Shown: positions 39,288 through 50,109, counted from the stretch's first letter. The stretch: 64,000 nt of DNA from an uncultured cyanobacterium (GCA_903858015.1 CAIOGZ010000045.1:7178-71177), one strand, 5' to 3'. Notes: a model not told the origin generated them from the letters alone. Numbers and translations: made by a program.

Positions 39288-39881
39288 TCAGAGAGGCCCG
39301 CCCTCGGCTTGGGTTTGCAGTTCATTGAGCACGATGCGCTCGCCCTCACTGGTTTTAATCAACTCTGCTGGTGTATGGCCGCCCAGGGCATAATTAGAAG
39401 TGTGCATATAAGCTCGGGCGGCTTCGAAGTCTCCAAAAACCTCAGCGGCTGTCAGAGTGGCTCGCGCGCCACGCATGGCCCGTTCGCTTGCCGCCGTGTC
39501 CAGGGCGCGTCCAAGACGCGACTTGATCGTTTTGAAGCTGAGCTCAAAGAATCCTTCCGCCTCTGAGAGGGTATCCAGGAACATGGATGAGGAAACCAGT
39601 AGCGATTCCCCGGCCAAGCCCGCGATCAGGCGACGATGCACATCCAAAGGATCAGGGTGGGCAGGCACCCTGCTGTGGCGAAGCAGGAGAAAGCTGCGGG
39701 TCAGCTGCCAGACAGTCGCCAACTCCACCTTTTTGAGCTGCCTCACCTGCTGACGCAGCTCCTCGTCTTCCAAAACCGCGAGCAGCCAGGCATCGATCGA
39801 GGCGCTATCGGGCCCACCAGAACCCAATAGCACCTCGTGCCCAAGCTCCGCTTCGGCACCCACCGCACCAATCACCGCCAT
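39288..39881 (-). CDS. Xre/MbcA/ParS antitoxin
   Basis: SERAMRGAR...AEVFGDFEAARAYMHTSNYALGGHTPAELI...GERIVLNEL; upstream of RES. Confidence 0.85.
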   Translation of the reverse strand: MAVIGAVGAEAELGHEVLLGSGGPDSASIDAWLLAVLEDEELRQQVRQLKKVELATVWQLTRSFLLLRHSRVPAHPDPLDVHRRLIAGLAGESLLVSSSMFLDTLSEAEGFFELSFKTIKSRLGRALDTAASERAMRGARATLTAAEVFGDFEAARAYMHTSNYALGGHTPAELIKTSEGERIVLNELQTQAEGGPL

Positions 39882-39956
39882 TGGAACTTTCCATGACTGT
39901 TCATGGATTATGGCACACCTGACCACTGAGCGTCCTTGTGCGCATCAGCTTGGCCG

Positions 39957-39977
39957 TGTACAGTTGCTTTGTACAAT
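39957..39977 (+). promoter_or_regulatory. Twin TGTACA palindromes overlapping a TACAAT -10 box; probable Phd-type operator
   Basis: TGTACA at 39957 and 39970, TACAAT at 39972-39977, 14 bp before the antitoxin ATG. Confidence 0.5.
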
Positions 39978-39991
39978 GGAGTGCGCCTGGC

Positions 39992-40234
39992 ATGATTCGC
40001 GTCTCCGTATCCGATCTACGGCAAAACCTTCCCGCCTTCCTTAAGCGAGTTCAGGCCGGCGAGCAGCTGCAGATCACATCCCGTGGACGGGTCATCGCCC
40101 GCATCGAGCCAGAGCGCGACCCGGCTGAGGAGGCACGCCAATGGCTGCTCGCTCTTCGTGATCGCGTTTCCCTGGGTGACGTGGTTAACCCCATTCCCGA
40201 TCTCGAATGGAGTGGTGATGCGAATCATCTGTGA
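39992..40234 (+). CDS. Phd/YefM-family antitoxin
   Basis: VSVSDLRQNLPAFLKRVQAGEQLQITSRGRVIARI. Confidence 0.88.
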   Translation: MIRVSVSDLRQNLPAFLKRVQAGEQLQITSRGRVIARIEPERDPAEEARQWLLALRDRVSLGDVVNPIPDLEWSGDANHL

Positions 40235-40619
40235 CACCCACATCCCCCTGTTCTGGGCGAATGCTCCCTCACGGCTCAGCAGGAGTGCTACCGCAGCCCT
40301 TGAAAAAGGCCGGCAAGACGGCCAGCTCGCCATTGCCGATATTTCCCTTTGGGAAATGGCCCTTCTTCATGAACGCGGTCGTCTTCTGCTTCCTGATGAT
40401 GTCCCAGCCGTTAACTATCTCTCCCATCTCCTTCAAGCTCTGAGCCTGAATGTCTTGCCGATCACGACGGAAATCGCTGTTCTCTCTCGCAGCTCCATCT
40501 TTCAGCACGGGGATCCTGCTGATCGCCTGATCGCGGCCACTGCGCTCCACGGCCGCTGGCCGCTGATCACAGCTGATGAAAAGCTGCGTGCCCTTCCTGA
40601 TCTCCAGTGTATTTGGTAG
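40218..40619 (+). CDS. vapC: PIN-domain toxin VapC
   Basis: ICDTH, SLWE, HGDPADRLIAATA, LITADEKL. Confidence 0.88.
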   Translation: MRIICDTHIPLFWANAPSRLSRSATAALEKGRQDGQLAIADISLWEMALLHERGRLLLPDDVPAVNYLSHLLQALSLNVLPITTEIAVLSRSSIFQHGDPADRLIAATALHGRWPLITADEKLRALPDLQCIW

Positions 40620-40626
40620 CCGCCCC

Positions 40627-41534
40627 ATGGCTCTGCCAATCCAGGCCTGCATTGCCACCGGCTCGACAACATCAAGGACAAGAACTTCTGGTCTGCACGT
40701 GCCAGCCGTGATATTCGTCTGATATTCCATCGGGTCGAGAGCAGCTTGATGCTCTGCTACGTGGCCTACCACGATTCTACCGACGAATGCCAGGACATCA
40801 CCGCCGCCCAGCTCCGGCTCTTGACCGCTCTAGCGGGCACCAGCACCGATGCCCTGTTCTTCGCGGGGGATCTCGGCCAGCGCATCTTCCAGCAGCCCTT
40901 CTCCTGGACCCAATACGGCGTGGACATCCGCGGCCGCTCGCGCACCCTGCGCATCAACTACCGCACCTCCCATCAGATTCGCAGCCAAGCCGATCAGCTG
41001 CTCGATCCGGAGTCCCGCGACGTGGACGGCAACGTCCAAGAGCGGCGCGGCGCCATTTCCGTCCTCAACGGACCGGAGCCCGACATCCCAGAATGCGAGG
41101 ACTCAGGCAGCGAGACCGAGCAGGTAGCTGCCTGGATTGAGCAGCGCCGCAGCGAAGGCCTTACCCCCAGGGAGTTCGGCATCTTCGTGCGCAGCGAAGC
41201 CGAGAGCCCCCGTGCAAAATCAGCTCTGGAGTTAGCTGGGCTGCCCTACGAACGGCTGCAGCCCTCGGCCATGCGCCTTGGCGGCAAGGCCACCCTCTCC
41301 ACCATGCACCTGGCCAAAGGGCTGGAGTTCCGGGCCGTGATCGTGGTGGCCTGCGATGACGACGTAATCCCCAACGCCGAGCGCATCAATGCCATCACCG
41401 ACGACAGGGACCTCGATGAAGTGGTGGCCACCGAACGCCATTTGCTCTACCTGGCCTGCACCCGCGCCCGCGATCACCTGCTGATCACTAGCGGCGATAC
41501 CTGCTCGGAGTTTGTGGAGGACCTGCTCGGGTGA
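40627..41534 (+). pseudogene. RelE-UvrD helicase copy with two internal deletions
   Basis: ATGGCT is joined to CTGCCAATCC (about 95 bp lost), and the CACGAT region is joined to GACGAATGCCAGG (about 1.1 kb lost). The remainder matches 31254-32006. Confidence 0.9.
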
Positions 41535-41742
41535 ACCAGCCAGCAGGGACCAGCTTCAGATTGCGCAAACCGCCCGCACCATCGCCCTCCAGACGCAGCC
41601 GGTGGAGCAAGCCTTGCAAATCCGGCGGAGGGTTCGCAATGCCTTCGCCCACACCACCACAACGGCCACCCTCGCTTGTGTGACACCTTACCGGCGTCAT
41701 TGCGGGGAGGCCATGATTCTATAGCGCGATCGCGATCATGTG

Positions 41743-41915
41743 GATGAGCAGGCACGACAACGGCATCCAAGGCGATGGACAAGCGCCACCCGCTGTTGGC
41801 ATCAACCTGAAGTCTTGTGGGCTAACCAGCCACCGGAGGATCCCGCCATCCAGTCTGCTACTCTGAGATTGACCGCCTAGCCAGAGGCAGAGACATCATC
41901 TTTGCTGGCAGTCAC
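41743..41915 (+). mobile_element. IS3-family transposase 3' remnant
   Basis: Encodes an EQARQRHPRRW-type tail; similar to 47692-47870. Confidence 0.65.
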
Positions 41916-41959
41916 CGCGGCAGAAAACGATTAGACTTTTTTTGATAAATGGAACGACA

Positions 41960-42193
41960 ATGTCTGAATCCTGTTTGATGCTGCATGTGGAGCGGCTTCC
42001 GGAGGGTGGCTATCTGGCCACATCGGAAGCCATCCAGGGCCTGGTCGCCCAAGGCCGTACCGTTGCCGAAACTCTGGAAATCGCCCGTGATATTGCCCGG
42101 CGGTTGCTTGAAGCGCAGCAAGGGCGAAACCTAGACAACAGTCTGACAGCCATTTCCGAGAGCTTTGACTATCCGCTCATCGTCAGTGCCTGA
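41960..42193 (+). CDS. hicB: HicB-like antitoxin (DUF1902-type)
   Basis: EGGYLATSEAIQGLVAQGRTVAETLEIARD. Confidence 0.8.
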   Translation: MSESCLMLHVERLPEGGYLATSEAIQGLVAQGRTVAETLEIARDIARRLLEAQQGRNLDNSLTAISESFDYPLIVSA

Positions 42194-42417
42194 TGGGCAG
42201 GCTTTCAGGCTTTCGTTACCGCGAAATCACTAAAAAGCTGCGTAGCTTCGGCTTTGTATTTGATCGCCAGGCGGCCGGTTCTCATGAGATCTGGTATTGC
42301 GCGGCAAGCAATCGATACACCACCATCCCCAATCATCCAGGGGATATGCCCGAGGGCACACTCCGGGCCATCCTTAAGCAGGCTGATGTTGATGTTGATG
42401 ATTTTATTGGAAGCTGA
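42193..42417 (+). CDS. hicA: HicA mRNA interferase toxin
   Basis: GSHEIW, TIPNH, MPEGTLRAILKQA. TGATG overlap with hicB. Confidence 0.88.
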   Translation: MGRLSGFRYREITKKLRSFGFVFDRQAAGSHEIWYCAASNRYTTIPNHPGDMPEGTLRAILKQADVDVDDFIGS

Positions 42418-42689
42418 GCTTTCGCTGCTGTAGCAGTAAGTCTTAAGCAAGCAAGCTATAGCTTGAATCAGCACAAAGAACTTCCCAGAGCTGCTGGCAT
42501 TCCTTCTGCGTCCACAAATAGGTGCGCTGGTAGATCGGGATGATGAACCGGGAGACGGCGACCAGGATTTGGAGGAGTTTGGCTTCTGTGGCTTTCATTG
42601 AGAGACTGAGGCGGCCTGGAATACCCTCGACTGAAAGGCTGAAATCATGGTGCTAGACTGAGCTGGGTGCCTTTTACTGGACAGTTCCA

Positions 42690-43335
42690 ACCTCTGACAT
42701 CGTTAACCCCGGGCGGGAGGAACAGTGATCGGGCTCAGTATAGACCTTATGGGGAGTTCTGCCTCCCAGCCATCGCTGTAAGCGCGCAGATACACCGCCT
42801 CATACATGCCCGTTCTCCACAGCCGTTCCATGAGGATGTTGTCGTAGCAGCGCTTCCTTCCTGACCAGATGATCTTAATCTCCTCAGCCTATAGCTTGGC
42901 CACGAAGGCTGATGACGTGAACCGGCAACCCTGATCGTAGTGGAAGACCTCAGGCCTGCGGCCACCTCCCAACGCCATCTCCAGGGCCTCCAGGCAGAAC
43001 TCCGTGTCAAGGCTGTTGGAGTCCTTCCAGCTGAACACATGCCTGGAGAAGAGATCCACGATCGCCACCAGATAGAGGAAGCCTTTCTGTAGCGGGATAT
43101 AGGTGCTATCGGTGGCCCATGCCTGATCCACGCCCGTAAGTTGATCGAGATCCACCAAGCGGGAAAAGCGCTCAGATGGAGTCCCTGGAATGGTGGTGCG
43201 GGGTTTCTGGTAGATCGCCCGTAACCCCATGCAGCGCATCAGGATTCGCACTCGGTCACGGCTAATCGGGATCCCTTCTCTGGCCAGATACCCCACCATC
43301 CGGCGGCTGCCGCTGCAGGGATCCTCCAGGTAGGG
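42690..43335 (-). mobile_element. Degenerate IS3-family transposase (OrfB fragment)
   Basis: VDQAWATDSTYIPLQKGFLYLVAIVDLFSR and DQGCRF, with frameshifts and stops. Confidence 0.85.
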
Positions 43336-43447
43336 ACTCCTGAAAAAGCCAGATCCCCTGCGGCGCAGCTTGTTTCAGTGATCGAGAGCCGGTAAACTGA
43401 GCTTGATTACGGCAATTCACGATTGCTGCAAACTCTGAACGCTGCAA

Positions 43448-43747
43448 ATGTACCGAATACACCATAACGGCCAGCTCTCGATCGAGGAGTTCCATGTGCC
43501 TTTTGGGGGCAAGTTAAACCCGGACAACCGCTGGGTGCTCTTCTCGTCTCTGATGCCATGGGAAGCGCTGGAAGAAACATATGCCTCTCAGTTTAACCCC
43601 ACGACTGGCGCCCCTGCGAAGCCAGTGAGGCTGGCGTTTGGAGCGCTGCTCATCAAGCAGCGGCTTGGCTTGACCGATGAGGAGGCCGTCGGGCAGATCC
43701 GAGAAAATGTTTACATGCGTGTGCCACGAGGCATAGATTCTTCATGA
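43448..43747 (+). mobile_element. IS5-family transposase 5' fragment
   Basis: PFGGKLNPDNRWV...GAPAKPVRLAFGALLIKQRLGLTDEE, then truncated. Confidence 0.8.
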
Positions 43748-43879
43748 ACTATGCCGCAACTGTATCGAGGATGTGAGTGTGGCCTCCCGATGTCTGACTG
43801 CAGGGACTGACATCAAACGACCCCATGCTGCTGCGGTCAAAAGACGTGGTAGGGAGTGATGGGGAAAAGGCGGACTGGA

Positions 43880-43970
43880 TCCGGCCTCGCATCTCTCCTC
43901 GGTGCCATACAGCTCAAGGAACTGCGTCAAAGACATTCCAGGTTGGAACTGGGATCCGGTTCATAGGCAT
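43880..43970 (-). mobile_element. IS1595-family transposase 5' scrap
   Basis: MPMNRI (frameshift) QFQPGMSLTQFLELYGTEERCEA. Confidence 0.6.
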
Positions 43971-44061
43971 GAGATCGGAATTGGTACATGTGTTCCAGGC
44001 TAGCCCGAAAGATCGCTAGCGGAGCTTTCCACATAATCAGGACAGGTGATAAAATCGAATA

Positions 44062-46182
44062 CTATTCATCGGCCAGGAGGTGGCCATAAGCCTTCCTAAA
44101 GATGTCTTGATCATCGACGTGCGAGTCATTCAAGACAGAACAGATAGAGCTTGCCACGCTCAAAATATGCTCATCCGAAAGAAATCTTTGGCGATAAGTC
44201 TCATCAAGATGGCAAAATTCTATTTTCCTTTGATCTCGAGCACACCTCGCATAAAGATGGCGCATAAAACTGATGACGGTTACAGCTGCAGAACCAATAT
44301 AGCCACTCCTCTGTAAGCGATTTGAATGGACCAAGAATAGCCCATCGGAGATAAAGCGTTCAGGAATTTGCGTGTCGATGGCAAGCATATACAAAACATC
44401 TAAATCGTATAAAAGTATATTAATCAGATACTTGCCCGTAGCGCTTAATTCGTATACGATCTCATCGCCTTCCAGCTTGATGGAATCAATCCACCCAAAG
44501 GCCCGAGAGTCCTTAAGAGTCTGCTCTACACAGCTTCTATCGTACCCAAATGCATAAACCAAGGAATCACAAAGGTGCCCATGGCTCATTGTCCCGTTCC
44601 AAAGTATCTCTAAGATTCTAATCCTTAAGAATAAAAGAGAGGTTTTACTTTGGGATTGAGGAAATTGCCGCAAGTCAATCCAAAAAGGGTTGATATAGGC
44701 TAAGCCTTTATCACGATTTTTTTCATAGTATGTATCATTAGTCTGCAACAAAAAATCTCCATTTAGGAACAGGTTTCTTTTCATCATTTGTTGGGCCTGT
44801 CTAGAGAGATCAACGGATGGATCCTTTCCAAGCTGGTGCCAACGATATCTAACTTGATCAGCCAGAGTAGCAGAGTTCACAATTATGTTTCGGATATTAC
44901 TGTGCATGATATCTAAGGAGGGCAGCGCTGAAACGGCTGATTTAATGGTGTCGGTGGGAAAGAAAGAGGAATTGCTTGCAAGCAAATGACTTGACATCTT
45001 CTCGTTAAGCCAATCAGTCCGTTTTCGGGCTATTTCATTTACGTTAGGGACTTGGTGAATAATCTTTTTTGGTTTTGAAACGCTATTGCATCCTGTAGTG
45101 CTATGATCTTGTTTCAAAATATCTATCCATGTTCGATTTCGCATGACGGTTAGCCTTAGCTCATTAGCCGGCGCTACGCGTAACACAAAATTTACAAGCT
45201 CAGGGAGCAAGCGATTATAAGGTGCAACGCCATATTCTGTATTCAGGTGAAGGTTATCGACGCCATCTAGGATAAACAAAATATGAATTCCAATCTCGTC
45301 TAAGTATTTGCGAGTCATCTTACTGCATTCCTTCCATCGAAAGAATTGTCTTCGCTTTGATACTTTATCAGGGAATAATGTTGAGAATATGTATTTTTCA
45401 TCAGACTCGAGCATTTCACGTATATGCGTGTCAATATACTCATAGACGCCTCTAAGGTTGTACTCGACGCGATCTTCAGCTCTGCTTTGCTTGTGCCGAA
45501 ATAGTATCCCCGCATCTTTAATTCTCGCCATGAGTCGCCTAGCTATCCCGTTATATCTATTATGATCGGCAAGTATTGCAAGAAGTTGGAAATCAAAATA
45601 ATCATTAATTGTTGGATATAAATCTGCTGGGACACCATGCTTTACTGATGCCCATGCATCGAAGAGGGTCTGTGCATTGCAGCGAAGATAGAATATGTTA
45701 TTATTTTCAAGATATTCATGATTTCTGCTGAGCCAATAGTTTTGCATAGAGGTTTTTCCACTTCCTTTTGGGCCTATATAAACAATATTACCATACTTCC
45801 ATTTTCCTCTTTCGTCGAGCTCCAGGTATTGATTTAGGTCGACATACGTGCCAGTAATCACAAAGTATGAACATAGCTCATCTGGCGGCAGATGTGGAGT
45901 ATACGGGGCGGAGTCGGATGTTGATTCATAGGAGCTTACTGCGTTCCAGAAGGTCTTCTCTTCTTTGGCCAAGAAGTCACGAGGACTATTGTATCCATCT
46001 GGCTTAAGCCTCCTCAATATATTTTCATCATGATAAGGATAAACCAAAGTATCATACGAATACCTGGATTCATCAAATGATTGCAAGGTTTCATGGAGCA
46101 AGCGAATATCTATGCAGATTTTGGAATTTGTAGAGGATTTTTCACGCTTCTCTGAATTCAGAGAGTTTTCTGTGGAAGTCAT
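44062..46182 (-). CDS. AT-rich P-loop NTPase (STAND-like) with C-terminal winged-helix-like region
   Basis: Walker A IGPKGSGKT, Walker B ILFILDGVDN, C-terminal LRIRILEIL...YELSATGKY. Confidence 0.7.
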   Translation of the reverse strand: MTSTENSLNSEKREKSSTNSKICIDIRLLHETLQSFDESRYSYDTLVYPYHDENILRRLKPDGYNSPRDFLAKEEKTFWNAVSSYESTSDSAPYTPHLPPDELCSYFVITGTYVDLNQYLELDERGKWKYGNIVYIGPKGSGKTSMQNYWLSRNHEYLENNNIFYLRCNAQTLFDAWASVKHGVPADLYPTINDYFDFQLLAILADHNRYNGIARRLMARIKDAGILFRHKQSRAEDRVEYNLRGVYEYIDTHIREMLESDEKYIFSTLFPDKVSKRRQFFRWKECSKMTRKYLDEIGIHILFILDGVDNLHLNTEYGVAPYNRLLPELVNFVLRVAPANELRLTVMRNRTWIDILKQDHSTTGCNSVSKPKKIIHQVPNVNEIARKRTDWLNEKMSSHLLASNSSFFPTDTIKSAVSALPSLDIMHSNIRNIIVNSATLADQVRYRWHQLGKDPSVDLSRQAQQMMKRNLFLNGDFLLQTNDTYYEKNRDKGLAYINPFWIDLRQFPQSQSKTSLLFLRIRILEILWNGTMSHGHLCDSLVYAFGYDRSCVEQTLKDSRAFGWIDSIKLEGDEIVYELSATGKYLINILLYDLDVLYMLAIDTQIPERFISDGLFLVHSNRLQRSGYIGSAAVTVISFMRHLYARCARDQRKIEFCHLDETYRQRFLSDEHILSVASSICSVLNDSHVDDQDIFRKAYGHLLADE

Positions 46183-46669
46183 ACAGATTGTTCACAAGAT
46201 CTGACAACCATTCCTCACCTCCATGATAGTGAATTCTATGGTCATCTTCGATCGTATAGTCAAGTTTTTTTAGAAGTTCATAGAATCCCTTGCCTCGTAG
46301 CAATTCTTCATACTCTATGATCTCGCTGTAACAGTTTCGTGAAATCAATAATCGCTTGTCGATGTCACGTGTTGTACTGAGGCTTAGAATACAAAAATTG
46401 ATCGACGACATAATCTTTTCAATTCTGTTACGGTTACGATCTTCTACTTCTAGTCTCCGCTTAAAAGACTCAACGTCTTTCAGGAGTGCTGTCTTGTACT
46501 TTTCAAGCATTCGGCTTGCACATAAATCAGTAACTTTGGGAATTACTAAAGCTCCAAGCGCCACAAGTCCTCCCAGGTTCCCAACAAAATCGAATAGATT
46601 GCCAAAATAGGTAAAAAAGAAATTTGACATAGTCAATTTATGTAGATCAGACCTATTGCAGAAGAACAC
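46142..46669 (-). CDS. AT-rich small protein with N-terminal TM helix and coiled coil
   Basis: FVGNLGGLVALGALVIP then RMLEKYKTALLKDVESFK; overlaps the NTPase start. Confidence 0.55.
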   Translation of the reverse strand: MFFCNRSDLHKLTMSNFFFTYFGNLFDFVGNLGGLVALGALVIPKVTDLCASRMLEKYKTALLKDVESFKRRLEVEDRNRNRIEKIMSSINFCILSLSTTRDIDKRLLISRNCYSEIIEYEELLRGKGFYELLKKLDYTIEDDHRIHYHGGEEWLSDLVNNLYDFHRKLSEFREA

Positions 46670-46971
46670 TAGCCCAAGAATAGCACTGAATGCTTGATAA
46701 ATTAGAAAATCTTATCATACTCAGATCGGAGCTAAGGAGCCTCTGATCAAGAAGGCTCTTGATTAAGTACCAAGCTCCTCTATGTTCAAGAAGAGATCGG
46801 ACCATGTGTGGCAGTTAGAGATGGCCCGGAGGCTTCCTCCCAGTCATACCTTCGAGGTTGAAGCGGCGATTGAAGCGATAACAGAAGGTGCCAAGGCCCC
46901 TTCTGCCAGCAAAAGCAACGCCTCTCCATCCCGTTCATCTTCACCACCAGGGGGCTGGATGGAGCCATTCA

Positions 46972-47880
46972 ATGCGTCGTTACAGCGAGACCGTAAAAGC
47001 TGAGGTGAAAAGGCGTATGGGCCCACCGCAGCGGCAACGAATTGCTCAGATTTCCCAAGAGTTCGGCATCCATGTCGCCACCCTCTACAACTGGCGGCAT
47101 CACTGGCGTCTGCAGGGGGAAGTGGTGCCGGCATCAGCGAAAGACCCAGAGGGCTGGAGCACTGCCGACAAGTTAACGCTCGTGCTGGAGACCGCCGGGT
47201 TGAATGCCACTGAGCTGAGTGCTTACTGCAGGGAGCGGGGCCTGTTCCCCGAACAGGAGTAGCTGCTCCAGCAGGAGCTGCGCCGTAAGGACAAGGCCCT
47301 GGCGGCGGCGGCGGCCCTGCTGTAGCGGAACGCTTCTGCGAAGCAGTACGCCACTAAAAAAAAAGATCCAAGCCCCACTGCCGCCGTGGCCGCCGGAGCA
47401 CGGACCCTACGCCGTGGCCAAGCCAAACTTCCCCAGCAGCCAAAACCAGTTCCCAAGCTGAGGGCCGATGGCCCAAATCAAGTGGGAAGCTGGGATATCA
47501 GCTATTTGCCTACCAAAATCAAGGGGATCTGGCTCTATCTCTATCTGGTGGTTGATGTCTGGAGCCGAAAGATCGTGGCTTGGGATGTGGAGGAGAAGAA
47601 GGATCCTAAAATCACTGCCAAACTCGTCACACGAGCCTGCTTAAGTGAACAGATCAGCCGCCGCCGCCAGCAGCCGCTAATCTTGCACGCGGATGAGCAG
47701 GCACCACAACGGCATCCAAGGCGATGGACAAGCGCCAGCCGCTGTTGGCATCAACCTAAAGACGTATCGGTTAATCAACCACCCTACGATCCCGTGATCC
47801 AGAGCGCTACTCTGGCGTTGGCCGCAAAGCCGGCGGCAGAGACGTCATCGTTGCTGCCAATCACCGCCTTAGGTTTGCCG
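46972..47880 (+). mobile_element. Degenerate IS3-family element (OrfA plus internally deleted OrfB)
   Basis: MRRYSETVKAEVKRRM...TLYNWR; WDISYLP; LILHAD joined directly to EQAPQRHPRRW. Confidence 0.85.
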
Positions 47881-47930
47881 CAGCCTCTTCTCGTTTCCAC
47901 GGTGATACTCAGCTCTGCCGCACCCGGCTC

Positions 47931-48692
47931 ATGACTGATCCTCATACAGACGAAACCTCGCGATTGCGCTCACTTGGTTGGCCAGCTGCTGAGGTGAGCC
48001 GCTTTCAGAACCTGCAAGACTACAAGCATCGCTGGGGTGCAGCCAATTTGGAAAGAGAGGATCGTCTCTTCCTGAAAAAAGCTGAGTTAGCATTACTCCA
48101 GACTGGCGTGAGCCCGTTACGTCGTGAGGCGCGTTCGTCTTCCTCGCCGCGGTCGTCGGCAAGTTCAACCAGCCACTTGCCAGCAGTTTCCAATGCTGCC
48201 TCGTACGTTGCGCTTGACTTTGAAACCGCTAACAGCTCTCGTAACAGTGCCTGCTCGTTGGCGATCATTCGCGTTGAGGCACACCAGATTGTTTCACGCA
48301 CCTACCGATTGATCCGGCCGCCTTCAACCCATTTCATGTTCACACATATTCATGGCATCACCTGGAATGACGTGAGAAGCGAGCCAACATTCAAGGATCT
48401 CTGGCCTGAATTCAGGCCGCTGTTTGATGGCGTTAACTTCATCGCCGCCCATAACGCAAGCTTTGACAGCAATGTCATGAAGGCCTGCTGTCATACCTAT
48501 GGACTGGTTCCACCAGGCGCCCCCTACCTTTGCACCGTCAGGCTGGCACGACAGACCTGGCAGTTGAAGCCAGCCAATCTGCCTAGCGTTTGTTCCTACC
48601 TAGGCTTGCGCCTTGAGCATCACAACGCCCTCTCAGATGCCGAGGCCTGTGCGAACATCGTACGGGCAGCAGCTGGTTGCAAGGTCAAATGA
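47931..48692 (+). CDS. DEDDh 3'-5' exonuclease (DnaQ-like) with extra N-terminal helical domain
   Basis: VALDFETAN, AHNASFD, HHNALSDA, preceded by a 60-aa helical extension and Ser-rich linker. Confidence 0.85.
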   Translation: MTDPHTDETSRLRSLGWPAAEVSRFQNLQDYKHRWGAANLEREDRLFLKKAELALLQTGVSPLRREARSSSSPRSSASSTSHLPAVSNAASYVALDFETANSSRNSACSLAIIRVEAHQIVSRTYRLIRPPSTHFMFTHIHGITWNDVRSEPTFKDLWPEFRPLFDGVNFIAAHNASFDSNVMKACCHTYGLVPPGAPYLCTVRLARQTWQLKPANLPSVCSYLGLRLEHHNALSDAEACANIVRAAAGCKVK

Positions 48693-48697
48693 TTATT

Positions 48698-48780
48698 CAA
48701 AGGCCGCCAAACTCGCAGCATTTGGCCTATAGATCAATCCGGCTTATCCAGGCCTGCATTACCACCGGCTCGACAACATC
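48698..48780 (+). pseudogene. Short degenerate fragment of the RelE-UvrD helicase 5' end
   Basis: AAGGCCGCCAAACTCGCAGCATTT...CCACCGGCTCGACAACATC matches 27811-27893. Confidence 0.75.
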
Positions 48781-49205
48781 GCGGAGGCGGAGCCGCTGAT
48801 GGCCCGTGGATTTGCGGTCTTCTGGAAGAGCTTGGGCTTGGATCACCACCAACACCAAATCCGTGGGAGACAACTACATCGCCCTTCTCCAAGCCATGGG
48901 CCTTTGCGAACCCGAAATCCAAGCCAAACTACAGGCTCTCATCTCCCCCACCTAACCCTGGTCTGCATCGTCTGCATGTTTTCGCGCAGTCCATGCAGAC
49001 CTAGGGTCCTCCAGTGCTGCCACGCAGCTGGCCGGGGCGTCGGTGCCTAGGTGATCTGACTCAGCGGTGCGCCAGCAGCAGCGGTGCATAGCCGGAGAAA
49101 ACCAGCAAGACCGCAGAGTTGAGTTGCCTTATTTTGAGGGAGAGATCACTGGCGATCCTTTGGTCTGGTGCCATCGGCGAGATTGAAGGCTTGAAGTTAC
49201 TTGCC

Positions 49206-50107
49206 TTAATCCCGCTGCAGCGGTTGGCCTAAAATCCACTGCCGCCACGGCTCGCGCAGCCGCCAGCTGCGGATCCGCTGCCCCGGCCGGGTGGGCTCCA
49301 GCAGCCCATGCTCCTGCCACTGGTGCAGCCAGTCCTGTGCCGTTGTCGACGACACCGCAAACCACTCCTCCAGGTCTGTGGGCTTGAACTGATCCGCCGA
49401 CTCCTGCCCCGCCGCCACCCGCGCCCGCAGGCGCGTGAGCAACTGCTGGCTGCGGCGGTCGAGCCCCTCCCAGGGGTGGGGCTCCGGAGGCTCCTGGCGG
49501 GCCTGCAGGGCCTGGGCCCGCAGGGATGGATCGAGATGAAGCGATGGCTGAGCAAGGCGGCGCGGACCAGCGGCGGCAGCCACCCACTGGCTTGCCACCA
49601 GGCGCAGAGCTGATGCATCAGGGGGCCCACATCCTCGGGGCGTGGTGGGGCGTAGTCGATGCGGCGGCTGAGGGTGTCGACCACCGGCACCTCGTGATCG
49701 CGGAAGGACGTGCGCTGTCGCCGCCGGCCCCGGCCGCGGACGATCACCACGGCATGCAACTCCTGAATCCAGGCTTCGCTCAACGGTCCGCTGCCCTGGG
49801 CCCACTCCTCCACCCGATCGAGGGCGCGCCAGTAGTTGCGCACCTCCTGTTCCGCCTTGCTGCCCTCCCGATCGGCCGCCGCCACCGCCTGGCGCACGCC
49901 ATCGTCGTCGAGAGAATTGCCCTCGATGCGGGTGCTGCTGCGGGTGCTGCGTTGATAGGCCGCATGGCGCAGCCGCAGGCTTTCATCGGGTGGCAGGGGC
50001 AGAAGCTCCACCCTGGCCTTGGCTTCGGCCACGGCACAGAGGGTCAGCACCAGCGGATCGCTGTAGGTGTAGCGGGGGGCCCAGATCGGTGCTGCGCTGC
50101 TCACCAA
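49206..50107 (-). pseudogene. Fic-domain/wHTH protein with internal deletion through the catalytic motif
   Basis: SSTRIEGN and SHRFISIHP, then a break at about 49524 (FxDGNGR absent). The wHTH tail continues in a different frame to 49206. Confidence 0.8.
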
Positions 50108-50109
50108 CC

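Noticed and set aside
26219-48780. True integron
   Set aside because: No intI tyrosine recombinase or attC-like palindromes seen; the repeated element is a coding 5' fragment.
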